Positions 13,262-23,345 of a stretch of DNA of 58,511 bases are shown here, piece by piece. Source of the DNA: Gemmatimonadota bacterium (lineage in GTDB: Bacteria; Gemmatimonadota; Gemmatimonadetes; Gemmatimonadales; GWC2-71-9); NCBI GenBank assembly GCA_017889745.1, contig JAGGAG010000001.1, forward strand, positions 1 to 58,511, in the 5' to 3' direction. How positions within the stretch are numbered: position 1 is the first letter of the stretch; each line of letters opens with the position of its first letter. The position numbers and the translations under genes were made by a program. Under the pieces are notes generated by a model. The model searched no databases. It saw only the letters and a program-made list of their open reading frames with translations, and was not told where the DNA came from.

Positions 13262-13636
13262 CTAGATCTCCTCGGCGGGAGTCTCCCGCTCTGGCGTCGT
13301 GGCCATCTTGAGTGCGCCCTCGTAGTTGGCGCGCAGGGTCCCCAGGAGTTCTCGCAGCCCCCGCACCTTCATCTGCACCCCTCCGCCGCGCCGGGCCATC
13401 GTGCCCATGATGCCGGCGGCATCGGCCAGCCCGGGCAGTCCAAGTGACTGGGCGTTCGCCTTCACTTCATCGAGCATGCGGCAGAGGCCACGGACCGCGG
13501 TATCGTCCGCCTTCGCCGTGGACATCTGCTCGATGACGCCGGTGGCGCGCTGGAACTTGGGCGGCAGCGTCTCGAGGTACGAGAGCTGTTGGTGCTGCTT
13601 CGAGCTGAGCTTGATGGCCACGGGCACGGGCTCCAA
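13262..13636 (-). CDS. hypothetical protein
   Basis: 124-aa ORF with ordinary amino-acid composition. The competing + strand ORF is P/S/R-rich shadow. No motif recognised. Confidence 0.45.
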   Translation of the reverse strand: MEPVPVAIKLSSKQHQQLSYLETLPPKFQRATGVIEQMSTAKADDTAVRGLCRMLDEVKANAQSLGLPGLADAAGIMGTMARRGGGVQMKVRGLRELLGTLRANYEGALKMATTPERETPAEEI

Positions 13637-13761
13637 CAGGCGGGAAATGCACAGGGACGGTGCAATCTAGCGGAATCGGTGAAACCGGCGGTCCCCGCCC
13701 GTTCGTATGGCGATCGGCGGCCGGCGGCCACCGGCTGCCCATCCTCTACACCTGAGTTGCC

Positions 13762-16700
13762 ATGATCCTTTCGGACCTTTCCATCCGGCGTCCCGTGCTG
13801 GCCAGCATGCTCAGCGCGGCGCTGGTGCTGTTCGGCGTCATCGGGTACCGCCAGCTGTCGGTGCGCGAGTATCCCGACGTCGATCCCCCGATCATTTCGG
13901 TGCAGACCGTACTTGCGGGCGCCAACCCCCAGGTCATGGAATCGGCGGTGACCGACATCCTGGAGGAGGAGCTCAGCACAGTACCGGGCCTGCGCACCCT
14001 GGTCAGCTCGAGCGCCGAACAGTTCAGCAACATCACGCTGGAGTTCACGCTCGACCGGGACGTGGACGACGCGGCCCAGGACGTTCGTGACAAGGTGTCA
14101 CGGGTGCGGGGGCGGCTGCCCCTCGACATCGAAGAGCCGGTCATCGCCAAGCAGGAAGCTGATGCGTCCCCTTTCTTCTGGCTGGCGCTGAACGGGGAGA
14201 ACTACTCGCTCCTGCAGCTTTCCGACCTGGCCGACCGGCTGGTGAAGAGCCAGCTGCAGAGCGTACCCGGTGTCGGCAGCGTGTTCATCGCCGGCGAGCG
14301 CCGCTACGCCATGCGCGTCTGGCTGTCTACGGCCCAGCTGTCGGCGCGCGGCCTCACGGTGCAGGATGTCGAGCGGGCGATCCGCACCCGTAACGTCGAG
14401 ATCCCGGCGGGCCGGATCGAGTCGAACCGTCGTGAGTTCACGGTCCGGTCGCTGGGCGAGCTCAAGACACCGGCGGAGTTCGCCGAGCTGGTGGTGGCGA
14501 GCCAGGGTGGACAGCTGGTCAAGCTCAAGGACCTCGGCCGCGTCGAGCTGGGCGCCGAGGACGAGCGGAGCGCGCTGCGATTCAAGGGCGCGCCGACGGT
14601 CGGCCTCGGCGTGGTGCGGCAGTCGAAGGCCAACCTGATCACGGTGGCCGATGCGGTACGCGAGGCCCTGCCGCGCATCGCCGCGTCCCTCCCGCCCGGC
14701 GTGAGCCTCGACGTGGCCTACGACGGCTCGACCTTCGTCAAGCGTTCCATCCTCGAAGCGCAGGAAACCCTGGTGGTGGCCGCGCTGCTCGTGGTGCTGA
14801 TCATCTTCGTGTTCCTGCGCAACGTGCGCTCGACCATCATCCCCGGACTCGCGATCCCGGTATCGATCATCGCGACGTTCGCGGTCATGTACTTCCTCGG
14901 CTTCTCCATCAACAACCTCACACTGCTGGCCCTGACGCTGGCCATCGGCATCGTGGTCGACGACGCGATCATCGTGCTCGAGAACGCCTTCCGCCACCAG
15001 GAGGAACTGGGCGAGGATCCCGAGACGGCGGCGGTCAACGGCACGCGGGAGATCGCGTTCGCCGTCATCGCCACCACGATCGCACTCGTGGCGGTGTTCA
15101 CGCCGCTCGCCTTCCTCACGGGCAACACCGGCCGGCTCTTCAAGGAATTCGGCATCGCGGTGGCCGGGTCGGTCATCGTGTCGGGGTTCGTGGCCCTGAC
15201 CCTGACACCGATGCTCTGCGCCAAGATCCTCCGGGTGCCGAAGCAGCACGGGCCCGTGTTCAAGGCCTTCGAGCGGGGATTCAACGGGCTTGCGAACGTG
15301 TACGCGGGCTCGCTGCGCTGGGTCCTGGTGCACCGGCTGTTCATGCTCGCGGCCGCGGTCGCGTCGGTGGTGCTCGCGGTGGTCGTCTTCAGCAGCCTCA
15401 AGCGGGAGTTCGTGCCGCCGGAGGACCGCGGCCTCTTCATCACGATCGTCATCGCGCCGGAGGGCTCGACCCTCGCCTTCACCGACCAGTACCAGAGGCA
15501 GGCGGAGGCCATTCTGGCGAAGACGCAGGACGTGGATCGCTACTTCAGCGTGGTCGGCGGATTCACCGGCTCGCCCAGCCGCGGGCTCATCTTCACGCGG
15601 CTCACCGACACCGGCCCGCGCCGCAAGGTGCAGGACGTCATCGCCGAGGTGCAGGGGCAGTACTTCGGGATTCCGGGACCACTGATCTTCGCCAACAACC
15701 CGCCGGCGTTCGGTGGGTTCGGGCAGCCGGTGCAGTTCGTCGTGCGGCACCCCGATTTCGCGAAGCTGTCGCAGGTCATGGACACGCTGACCAGGCGTGC
15801 CAGGCAGATCAATGGCCTGGTGAACGTCGACACCGACCTCCGCGTGAACAAGCCGGAGCTGACGGTGAGCTTCGACCGCGACCGGGCGGAAGACCTCGGC
15901 GTGGGCGTCGGCGACGTGGCCGCGACGATGCAGACCCTGCTCGGCGGGCGCCGCGTCAGCACCTTCACGCAGAACAACAAGCTGTACGATGTGATGGTGC
16001 AGCTGGACCCGGCGGAGCGCGCCACGCCGAATGACGTGTCCGGGCTCTACGTATCCGGCCGGAACGGCCAGCTGGTGCAGCTGAGCGCCGTGACAACCGT
16101 GAAGGAAGGGGTCGGGCCGCAGCGGCTGAACCACTTCGATCGGGTCCGCTCATTCACCCTCAGCGCCGGACTCAAGCCGGGCTTCACGCTGGGCGAGGCA
16201 CTCGATTCGCTCAACCGGGTGGCGAAGGAAGTGCTGCCCCCGGTGGCGAGCACCCGCCTGGCCGGTGAATCGCGTGAGCTGGCCGAGAGCGGTGCCGCGC
16301 TCTACTTCGCCTTCGGCCTCGCGCTGCTGGTGGTGTTCATGGTGCTGGCGTCGCAGTTCGAGTCGATGATCCACCCGCTCACCGTGCTGGTCGCCGTGCC
16401 GCTGGCGATCACTGGCGCGCTGGTCACGCTGTACTTCACGAAATCGACGATTAACCTGTACAGCCAGATCGGCATGATCCTCCTGATCGGCCTGGTGACC
16501 AAGAACTCGATCCTGCTGGTGGAGTACGCCAACAAGCTGCTCGAGCGCGGTGCCAGCGCACGCGACGCCATTCTCGAGGCGGGGCGCATCCGGCTCCGGC
16601 CCATCCTCATGACGTCGGTCTCCACCATCACGGGCGCGCTGCCGATCGCCCTCGGCCTGGGCGCCGGCGCGACGAGCCGGCGCCCGTTGGGGTATGCCAT

Positions 16701-16845
16701 CGCGGGCGGCGTTTTCTTCTCCACCATCCTGACTCTCTATCTCGTGCCGACCGTCTGGTTGTTCTTCGAGGGACTTCGCAAGCACAGGGAGCATGCCCAG
16801 CCCGCCGTGGCTGCCGTTCCGGTGATGGCTGGGGAAGCCGAATGA
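13762..16845 (+). CDS. RND efflux permease (AcrB/HAE1-like)
   Basis: 1027 aa with the 12-TM and two-large-periplasmic-loop architecture. It opens with the typical AcrB N-terminus ILSDLSIRRPVLASML. Confidence 0.95.
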   Translation: MILSDLSIRRPVLASMLSAALVLFGVIGYRQLSVREYPDVDPPIISVQTVLAGANPQVMESAVTDILEEELSTVPGLRTLVSSSAEQFSNITLEFTLDRDVDDAAQDVRDKVSRVRGRLPLDIEEPVIAKQEADASPFFWLALNGENYSLLQLSDLADRLVKSQLQSVPGVGSVFIAGERRYAMRVWLSTAQLSARGLTVQDVERAIRTRNVEIPAGRIESNRREFTVRSLGELKTPAEFAELVVASQGGQLVKLKDLGRVELGAEDERSALRFKGAPTVGLGVVRQSKANLITVADAVREALPRIAASLPPGVSLDVAYDGSTFVKRSILEAQETLVVAALLVVLIIFVFLRNVRSTIIPGLAIPVSIIATFAVMYFLGFSINNLTLLALTLAIGIVVDDAIIVLENAFRHQEELGEDPETAAVNGTREIAFAVIATTIALVAVFTPLAFLTGNTGRLFKEFGIAVAGSVIVSGFVALTLTPMLCAKILRVPKQHGPVFKAFERGFNGLANVYAGSLRWVLVHRLFMLAAAVASVVLAVVVFSSLKREFVPPEDRGLFITIVIAPEGSTLAFTDQYQRQAEAILAKTQDVDRYFSVVGGFTGSPSRGLIFTRLTDTGPRRKVQDVIAEVQGQYFGIPGPLIFANNPPAFGGFGQPVQFVVRHPDFAKLSQVMDTLTRRARQINGLVNVDTDLRVNKPELTVSFDRDRAEDLGVGVGDVAATMQTLLGGRRVSTFTQNNKLYDVMVQLDPAERATPNDVSGLYVSGRNGQLVQLSAVTTVKEGVGPQRLNHFDRVRSFTLSAGLKPGFTLGEALDSLNRVAKEVLPPVASTRLAGESRELAESGAALYFAFGLALLVVFMVLASQFESMIHPLTVLVAVPLAITGALVTLYFTKSTINLYSQIGMILLIGLVTKNSILLVEYANKLLERGASARDAILEAGRIRLRPILMTSVSTITGALPIALGLGAGATSRRPLGYAIAGGVFFSTILTLYLVPTVWLFFEGLRKHREHAQPAVAAVPVMAGEAE

Positions 16846-18140
16846 TCGCGCTTGCCGCGGCGCTGCTTCTGCAGGTGCCCATACCGGTTCGCATCCTCCC
16901 GCCCGACACGACGCTGCCGCGCGTCACGCTGGCCGAGGCGATCCGGCTGTCGACGGGCGTCGATCCCGCGTACGTGCGCGCGGCGGGCCGGGTGGACAAC
17001 GCGGAGTGGGGTCGCCGCGCGGCGGTGCTGGCGTTCATCATCCCGTCGCTGGCGGTGAGCCTGGATGCCACCAGGTACTCCACCGCCTTCTTCAACATCG
17101 GCATCGGCGCACCCACCAGCAACGCCGTGAACTTCCGCGCCAACGCCGTCTATGAGCTGCTGAGCGTGCGGAAGATCACCGATCTTGGCTTCACCAAGGC
17201 CGAGCTCGAGGCGACGCAGGCCAATGCCGAGCGCCAGCGCTTCCAGACGGCCTTCGATACCGAGAGTGACTTCCTCAACGTACTGATCAGCCGCGAACTC
17301 GCCCGGGTGGCGCACAGCCGGTACGAGCGGGCGCAGGAGCAGCTGACGGTGGCGCGCGCGCGCGTCCTCTCCGGCGCAGCGGTCCAGACCGACTCGCTGC
17401 AGCTGGTGCTCGAGCTGACCCAGGCGCGGGTCGACGTGCTGCGTCAGGATCTGTCGCTCAGGGTTTCGCGCCTGCAGCTGGGCCGGCGCATCGGGAGGGA
17501 TGGACCGGTGGACGCGCAGGTCACCGACAGCATGCTCCCGCCGGACCTGCCGTACACCGACCAGCAGCTGATTCAGCTCGCGCTGCAGCAGGCGCCGCAG
17601 TATCGGGAGGCGCGCTCGCTCGCGCGCTCGGCGTCGTACTCGCTCAAGGGCCAGAAGGGCGCCTACCTGCCGACGTTCAACCTGACGGGCGGCTTCACCG
17701 AGTATGACAGCAGGTTTCCGCCGAGCGGGCAGGGCGTCGGCTCGATCTCACTGATCGTGACCTGGCCGCTCTGGGACCGTGGACAGCGGGAGATCGCGGT
17801 GCAGCAGGCGAAGACGAACCTGGCGGTGGCCCGGGCGGTGAGCGCCGACCTGGAACGCTCTGCCGCGCGCGACGTGACCCAGGCTGCCGAGGCGTACCGC
17901 ATCTCGCGCGAGGCGGTGGACCTGACCCAGGTCCAGCTTGTGGCGGCACAGGAGACGTTCCGGGTGCAGGACCTCCGGTACAAGAGCGGGGCGAACACGA
18001 TTCTCGACCTGCTGGAGGCCCAGTTCCAGCTGACGCGCGCCGAATCCGAGGCGGTGCAGTCGGTCTTCGCTCTGTATCTGTCACTCGCGGGCCTCGAGGC
18101 GATCACGGGACAGGAGTTCCTTGTGAGGAGAAACCAGTGA
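16842..18140 (+). CDS. TolC-family outer membrane efflux protein
   Basis: 432 aa with two OEP-type coiled repeats (e.g. LTLAEAIRL..., ...YLPTFNLTGGF...). Overlaps the RND stop by 4 nt. Confidence 0.8.
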   Translation: MIALAAALLLQVPIPVRILPPDTTLPRVTLAEAIRLSTGVDPAYVRAAGRVDNAEWGRRAAVLAFIIPSLAVSLDATRYSTAFFNIGIGAPTSNAVNFRANAVYELLSVRKITDLGFTKAELEATQANAERQRFQTAFDTESDFLNVLISRELARVAHSRYERAQEQLTVARARVLSGAAVQTDSLQLVLELTQARVDVLRQDLSLRVSRLQLGRRIGRDGPVDAQVTDSMLPPDLPYTDQQLIQLALQQAPQYREARSLARSASYSLKGQKGAYLPTFNLTGGFTEYDSRFPPSGQGVGSISLIVTWPLWDRGQREIAVQQAKTNLAVARAVSADLERSAARDVTQAAEAYRISREAVDLTQVQLVAAQETFRVQDLRYKSGANTILDLLEAQFQLTRAESEAVQSVFALYLSLAGLEAITGQEFLVRRNQ

Positions 18141-19225
18141 TGAGTTGGAGGGGATTCCGGGTGGCGCTGGTGGCGGTGGCCATGGGCGCGGCGTGCAGGA
18201 AGGCCGCCCCGAAGGCGGCCGCGGCAGGCGGGGCCGGTGCGGGGCCGGCGCCGGGGATCGCCGTCGAAGTCGCGGTGGCGAAGAACGACACGGTGATCGA
18301 CGCGATCGCCGCCACGGGACAGATCGAGGCGGTGCAGGCCATCGAGCTGCGGCCCGATGTGGAAGGCCGGATCGTCGAGATCCTCTTTCGGGAGGGCAGC
18401 GAGGTGGCGAAGGGGACGCCGCTCTTCCGCATCGATGACGCGGAAATGCAGGCGCAGGTGCGGCGCGCGGAGGCCGACCGCGACCTCGCGATGCAATCCC
18501 TCCAGCGCACCCGCGAGCTGGTACAGCAGCGTGCCTCCTCGCAGGCCGACCTGGAGCGCGCGGAGGCGACCGCCCGGAGCGCCGACGCATCGCTTGTGCT
18601 GCTCAAGGTGCGGCTCGATCGCACCGTCGTGCGCGCGCCGTTCGGCGGCGCCGTGGGCCAGCGCTTCGTGAGCCTGGGCGACTATGTCACGACGGCCACG
18701 CGCCTCGCGTCCCTGCAGACGGTGAACCCGGAGCGGGTGAGTTTCCAGGTGCCGGAGCGCTACGCGGCGCAGCTCCACCGTTCGCAGACGATCGCCTTCC
18801 AGGTGGCCGCCATCCGCAACAAGACATACACCGGCACGGTGGACTTCGTGGATCCCGTGGTCCAGCTGCCCGGGCGCACGATCACCGTGAAGGCGCTCGT
18901 GCCCAACCCGAACCGCGAGCTGCAGGCGGGCATGTTCGTGGAGGTGCGGCTTGCCACCGCCCAGCGTCCCAACGCGGTCGTGGTGCCCGAGGACGCCGTG
19001 CTGGCGCTGCAGGGAATCACGGTGGTGTGGGTGGTCAAGGACGGCAAGGCGACGCGCCGCCCGGTGACGCTCGGCGTGCGCTCGCCGGGGTTCGTCGAGA
19101 TCGTCGAGGGCGTGGAGGCGGGCGAGCAGGTCATCGTGGGCGGTATCGAGAAGATGTCCGAGGGCGCGGCCGTGACGCCGCAGGTCGTGGAGCGCACCAA
19201 GCCGGCGGTGACGGAAGGGCGCTAG
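18137..19225 (+). CDS. RND periplasmic adaptor (membrane fusion protein)
   Basis: HlyD/AcrA-like: a lipoyl-like motif (VEGRIVEILFREGSEVAKGTPLFRID), a coiled hairpin and a beta-barrel (APFGGAVGQRFVSLGDYV). Confidence 0.9.
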   Translation: MMSWRGFRVALVAVAMGAACRKAAPKAAAAGGAGAGPAPGIAVEVAVAKNDTVIDAIAATGQIEAVQAIELRPDVEGRIVEILFREGSEVAKGTPLFRIDDAEMQAQVRRAEADRDLAMQSLQRTRELVQQRASSQADLERAEATARSADASLVLLKVRLDRTVVRAPFGGAVGQRFVSLGDYVTTATRLASLQTVNPERVSFQVPERYAAQLHRSQTIAFQVAAIRNKTYTGTVDFVDPVVQLPGRTITVKALVPNPNRELQAGMFVEVRLATAQRPNAVVVPEDAVLALQGITVVWVVKDGKATRRPVTLGVRSPGFVEIVEGVEAGEQVIVGGIEKMSEGAAVTPQVVERTKPAVTEGR

Positions 19226-19278
19226 TGGCGCTGCGGCAGTCTGGTTCCCGGGGCGCCTCGCGCCGGCGAGCCGGGGCC

Positions 19279-21237
19279 ATGGCCCTGGTGGTCGGGCTTG
19301 GTGCGCTTCGCTTCGCGGACGTCGCGGCGCAGGAAGGCGTCACGGGACGCTGGCGCATCGATGTCTACGACCTCACGCCGACGCCGCTGTACGGCGAGCT
19401 GATCTTCACCGACTCCGCCGGCGCCACGCGCGGCCGGGCCGAGTTCTCCAACCGCAATGGTCCCCCGGTGGCGCTTTCGCAGGTCCTCGTCAGCGACGCG
19501 GGCCTGCTCCAGTTCGTGGTGCCCGGCGACGGCGGTGCCGCGTTCAGTGGCCGCGCGTCGGACGGGGCGCGCCGTCTTCGGGGTGAGGTCGTGGCCGACG
19601 GCGGCCGGCGCGGGCGCTGGACCGCCGAGCGCCTCGATCCGTCGATCGAGTTCTATCCAGTATTGCCACGATTTCGCCTGAGGCAGCTGGTGGGTGGGGT
19701 GGGCGGCGACCAGGCGATTCTCCCGGGAGCGCTGGTGGCTGCCGCGGCGGCCGAGGAGCCACGCGCCGGCCTCGTGGCCAGCTACGAACACAGCGCCCGC
19801 GCGAGCGGCCTCGCCCCTCTGAGCGGGCCCCAGCTCCTGGCCGATGGCCCGGGCCGTGTCCTGGGTCTCAGCCAGCGCGCGGAAGTCCTCGCCGTGGTGC
19901 AGCACACACTGGAGCAGCTGCGGGCGGCACTCCCTGGCGATACCGTGCGCGCGCAGTTCGACGCGATCTTCCGTCCGGGAGGCAACTGGCGCCTGGACTT
20001 GCATGGCGCCGCGCTGGACATCGCACGGCTTCGTTCGCGCCGCCTGCAATGGGATGATGTGGTGCCGGCACTCGTTGCCGCCGGCTCGATCGGCGACTCC
20101 AGTGCCGCGGCCGCAGCCGTGCCGCGCGCCATGGAGCGGCTGCTGATGCTGCGGCGCGCCGACTCCATGGCGCTGGGCCGGTTGCTGGCGACCGCCGCCG
20201 CCACGGCGCCAGTCTCCGCCCGTTCGCTCGGCATTCTCCTCGCCGCCTATCCCGAAGCAGAGGACTGGCACCGTCAGGCCCTGGCATTCCTGCTGCGCGC
20301 GAGATGGATCACCCATGACGGCGCCGTGCGTTCGCCGGCCGAGGTGGTGCGCGCCGCCTGGCTCTTGATCATGCCCGGGGATTCGGCGCGCACCCGCGGG
20401 ACACCGGCGATTGCCTCGCAGCTGTTCGGCCAGCCGCAGGCGGTACCGCGCTACGGCGTCTCGGCTGCCAGCATGGCCCGCCTGGTGACGCCGCTCAACT
20501 GGAGCGGGGGGCAGTGGCTCGACCGGCACGGCTCGTCCGAGATGCTCGCGATGTTGCACCTGCTCGAGGCACCGGGAAGCGGCGAGTTGCTCGTGGCCCG
20601 GGCCGACGAGGCGCTGCGCGTCGTGTCCGTGAAGCAGCGTGCCGGCGAATCGACCAGCGGGTTTCTCGAGCAGCAGGAGGCGATCGTGGTCGAGCCCAGC
20701 TACATCCCTGTGCTCGCCCTTGGCGCCGTGCTCCACGAGTGGGGCCACCTGCTGGCCGAAGGCTGGCGCTTTGACCGGGCGGTGCTGGCGGCCGATGACA
20801 GCGGGGAGGTCGCGCTGCCGGGCGTGAACCCCTGGCTGGTCGAGGGAATCGCCGAGGCGTGGACCGATCTCGTGCTCGCCCCCATCGTGGCGCGGCTGCC
20901 GCTCTTCGGCCTCGCGGAGGCGGAGAAGCGCGTTCGGCTCTCGGGAAGCGAGCTGGACCCGCACGTGACCGGCTACCTCGTGGCGCGCGCCGCCATTGGT
21001 GCAGCGGGCACGAAGGGAACGGCCGCTCCCGCGAGCATCCGGCACCTCATCGAGGCCGGTGATCCTGCGAGGGTGGCGGCGGATCCCCTCTTCGGGGGGA
21101 CCTTCCGCGATCCTGGCGACGTCGCCCCGCTCATCATCCCGGCGCCGAGCCGACGTTTCCTCGTGCCCGAGAGCATCTTCACCGTCGACACCCGCTTTCC
21201 CGACCCCGTCAGCACCGTCATCAGGATGCCCGAGTGA
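19279..21237 (+). CDS. secreted hypothetical protein with HExxH (HEWGH) motif
   Basis: Signal peptide MALVVGLGALRFADVAAQ. HEWGHLLAEGW lies near the C-terminal third. The in-frame GTG at 19225 overlapping the adaptor stop is an alternative start. Antisense ORF 19222..21285 is R/G/H-rich shadow. Confidence 0.6.
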   Translation: MALVVGLGALRFADVAAQEGVTGRWRIDVYDLTPTPLYGELIFTDSAGATRGRAEFSNRNGPPVALSQVLVSDAGLLQFVVPGDGGAAFSGRASDGARRLRGEVVADGGRRGRWTAERLDPSIEFYPVLPRFRLRQLVGGVGGDQAILPGALVAAAAAEEPRAGLVASYEHSARASGLAPLSGPQLLADGPGRVLGLSQRAEVLAVVQHTLEQLRAALPGDTVRAQFDAIFRPGGNWRLDLHGAALDIARLRSRRLQWDDVVPALVAAGSIGDSSAAAAAVPRAMERLLMLRRADSMALGRLLATAAATAPVSARSLGILLAAYPEAEDWHRQALAFLLRARWITHDGAVRSPAEVVRAAWLLIMPGDSARTRGTPAIASQLFGQPQAVPRYGVSAASMARLVTPLNWSGGQWLDRHGSSEMLAMLHLLEAPGSGELLVARADEALRVVSVKQRAGESTSGFLEQQEAIVVEPSYIPVLALGAVLHEWGHLLAEGWRFDRAVLAADDSGEVALPGVNPWLVEGIAEAWTDLVLAPIVARLPLFGLAEAEKRVRLSGSELDPHVTGYLVARAAIGAAGTKGTAAPASIRHLIEAGDPARVAADPLFGGTFRDPGDVAPLIIPAPSRRFLVPESIFTVDTRFPDPVSTVIRMPE

Positions 21238-22823
21238 TGAGGACACCGTGCCGTTTGCTCGCGCTGGCGCTGCTTCTTTCGGCACCGCTCGCTGCCCAGC
21301 AGACCGCCCCGGAGCGCACCGGCGGGAAGGCGACGTCGAGCTGGGCTGACGTCACGGCGTTCCTCGATTCGCTTGAGCGGCGCGGCACACCCCTCCGGTT
21401 CAGCAGCGTGGGTACGACCACCGAGGGGCGTCGCGTGCCGTTCGTCATCGCCGCCGCGCCCGGTGTGCAGGGTCCCGCCGACGCGCATGGATCCGGCCGC
21501 GTAGTGGTGTGGCTGCAGGGCGATATCCATGGCGGCGAGGTGGAGGGGAAGGAAGTGGCCCAGATGATCCTGCGGGACATCGCCTTCGGGCCGCTGCGGT
21601 CGCTGCTCGACAGCCTGGTGCTGCTCGTGGTGCCCATCTACAACCCGGATGGCAACGACGCATGGGCCGAGGGAAGTGTCAACCGGCCGGGGCAGAACGG
21701 ACCCGCCATCGTCGGGCGGAACACCACCGGCCTGTGGCTCAACCTGAACCGCGACTACGTGAAGATGGAGGCGCCCGAGACGCAGGGCGCGGCAGCGCTC
21801 ATCGACGCATGGCGACCCGACCTCTTCATCGACCTGCACACGACCAACGGCAGCTATCACGGGTATGCCCTGACGTACGCGCCCGGACTCAACCCCAACG
21901 ACACGCCGGCGAACGCGTACGTCCGCGACCAGTTCCTCCCGGCGGTCCGGCAGCGGATGAAGAGCCGGCACGGCCTGGAAACGTTCCCCTACGGCAACTT
22001 CCGCAACCAGATGCCCGACTCGCTCGTGCTCGGCTGGGAGACGTACGACGCACGGCCGCGGTTCGGCACGAACTGGAGCGGGCTCCGCGGGCGCATGGCG
22101 ATCCTCAGCGAGGCGTACAGCAACGACCCGTTCCCCGTGCGCATCAGCTCGACGTACGCCTTCGTGCAGGAGATACTCACGCTGGCCGCGGCCGAGCGCA
22201 GCGGGATCAGGCGGCTGGTTGCGCAGTCGGCGGGCAGCCGCCCGGACTCGGTCGCGGTCCGGTCGGTCCTGGCGCCGCCCACGGAGCAGCCGGTCATCGC
22301 GGAGATCACCACCGCAGCCGGGGATGGCGACGGACCGTTCGCGCGGCGCGTCCGCACGGGGCAGTTCCGCACCGTGCGGATGCCGGTTTACGACCGGTTC
22401 ATTGCATCGCGGCGCGAGGCGCGGCCCGTGGCGTACCTGGTTCCGGCCTCACTGCGCGATGTCGCGGGGCTGCTGGTTCGCCAGGGCGTCCAGGTGGAGC
22501 AGCTGTCGGCGCCGTGGCAGGGGCCCGCGGAGCGGTTCCGGATCGATTCCATCTCGGCGCAGCCGTACGCCTTCGAGGGACACCGCACAGTGACGGTGGA
22601 AGGCGCGTGGCTCGGTGCGGAGCCGTATGAGGCGGCGGCTGGCAGCTACCTGGTGCGTACCGACCAGCCGCTCGGCACGCTGGCGAGCTACCTGCTGGAG
22701 CCCGCGTCGGAGGATGGCGTGGTCACCTGGAACCTCGTCGACCGCCTGCTCACGCTCCGCGCACCATACCCGATCGCGCGCACGCGCGTCCCGGTGCGCG
22801 CCGCGACGGTTGAACAGCACTGA
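21234..22823 (+). CDS. M14-family zinc carboxypeptidase-like protein
   Basis: Signal peptide ending PLAAQQ. Has the WLQGDIHGGEVEGKE zinc-site motif and NLNRDY, both typical of peptidase M14. Its start overlaps the previous stop (GTGATGA). Confidence 0.8.
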   Translation: MMRTPCRLLALALLLSAPLAAQQTAPERTGGKATSSWADVTAFLDSLERRGTPLRFSSVGTTTEGRRVPFVIAAAPGVQGPADAHGSGRVVVWLQGDIHGGEVEGKEVAQMILRDIAFGPLRSLLDSLVLLVVPIYNPDGNDAWAEGSVNRPGQNGPAIVGRNTTGLWLNLNRDYVKMEAPETQGAAALIDAWRPDLFIDLHTTNGSYHGYALTYAPGLNPNDTPANAYVRDQFLPAVRQRMKSRHGLETFPYGNFRNQMPDSLVLGWETYDARPRFGTNWSGLRGRMAILSEAYSNDPFPVRISSTYAFVQEILTLAAAERSGIRRLVAQSAGSRPDSVAVRSVLAPPTEQPVIAEITTAAGDGDGPFARRVRTGQFRTVRMPVYDRFIASRREARPVAYLVPASLRDVAGLLVRQGVQVEQLSAPWQGPAERFRIDSISAQPYAFEGHRTVTVEGAWLGAEPYEAAAGSYLVRTDQPLGTLASYLLEPASEDGVVTWNLVDRLLTLRAPYPIARTRVPVRAATVEQH

Positions 22824-22838
22824 CTCAGCGAGGATCAT

Positions 22839-23297
22839 ATGGTCGAAGCGGGGAAAGAGGCGCCGAAGTTTTCGCTGCAATCCGATGATGGAAGAACGCT
22901 CTCCCTGGACGATTTCAAGGGGAAGAGGGTCGTGCTGTACTTCTATCCCAAGGACGACACGAGCGGGTGTACCGCGGAGGCCTGCGAGTTCCGCGACAGC
23001 TGGAAGTCGGTGCAGGCGGCAGGCGCGGTCGTGCTGGGCGTGTCGCCCGATGGCGTGAGTTCGCACGGCAAGTTCAAGCGCAAGTACCAGTTGCCGTTCC
23101 CATTGCTGGCCGACGAGGACCATGCGGTCGCCGAGGCGTATGGCGCGTGGGGCGAGAAGTCGATGTATGGGCGGAAGTATTACGGGATCCTGCGGACGAC
23201 GTTCGTCATTGGCACCGACGGACGGATCGAGAGGGTCTTCCAGAAAGTGAAGCCGAAGGGGCATGCCGCCGAGGTGCTCGGGGCGCTCAGGTCGTGA
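22839..23297 (+). CDS. bcp: thiol peroxidase Bcp (peroxiredoxin)
   Basis: Has FYPKDDTSGCTAEACEFRD, VLGVSPD and FPLLADEDH, all classic Bcp/PrxQ motifs. Confidence 0.9.
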   Translation: MVEAGKEAPKFSLQSDDGRTLSLDDFKGKRVVLYFYPKDDTSGCTAEACEFRDSWKSVQAAGAVVLGVSPDGVSSHGKFKRKYQLPFPLLADEDHAVAEAYGAWGEKSMYGRKYYGILRTTFVIGTDGRIERVFQKVKPKGHAAEVLGALRS

Positions 23298-23345
23298 CCC
23301 GGGGCACCGGGACCCCGACCGGCCCGTAGTTATCTTCCGGGCGCG

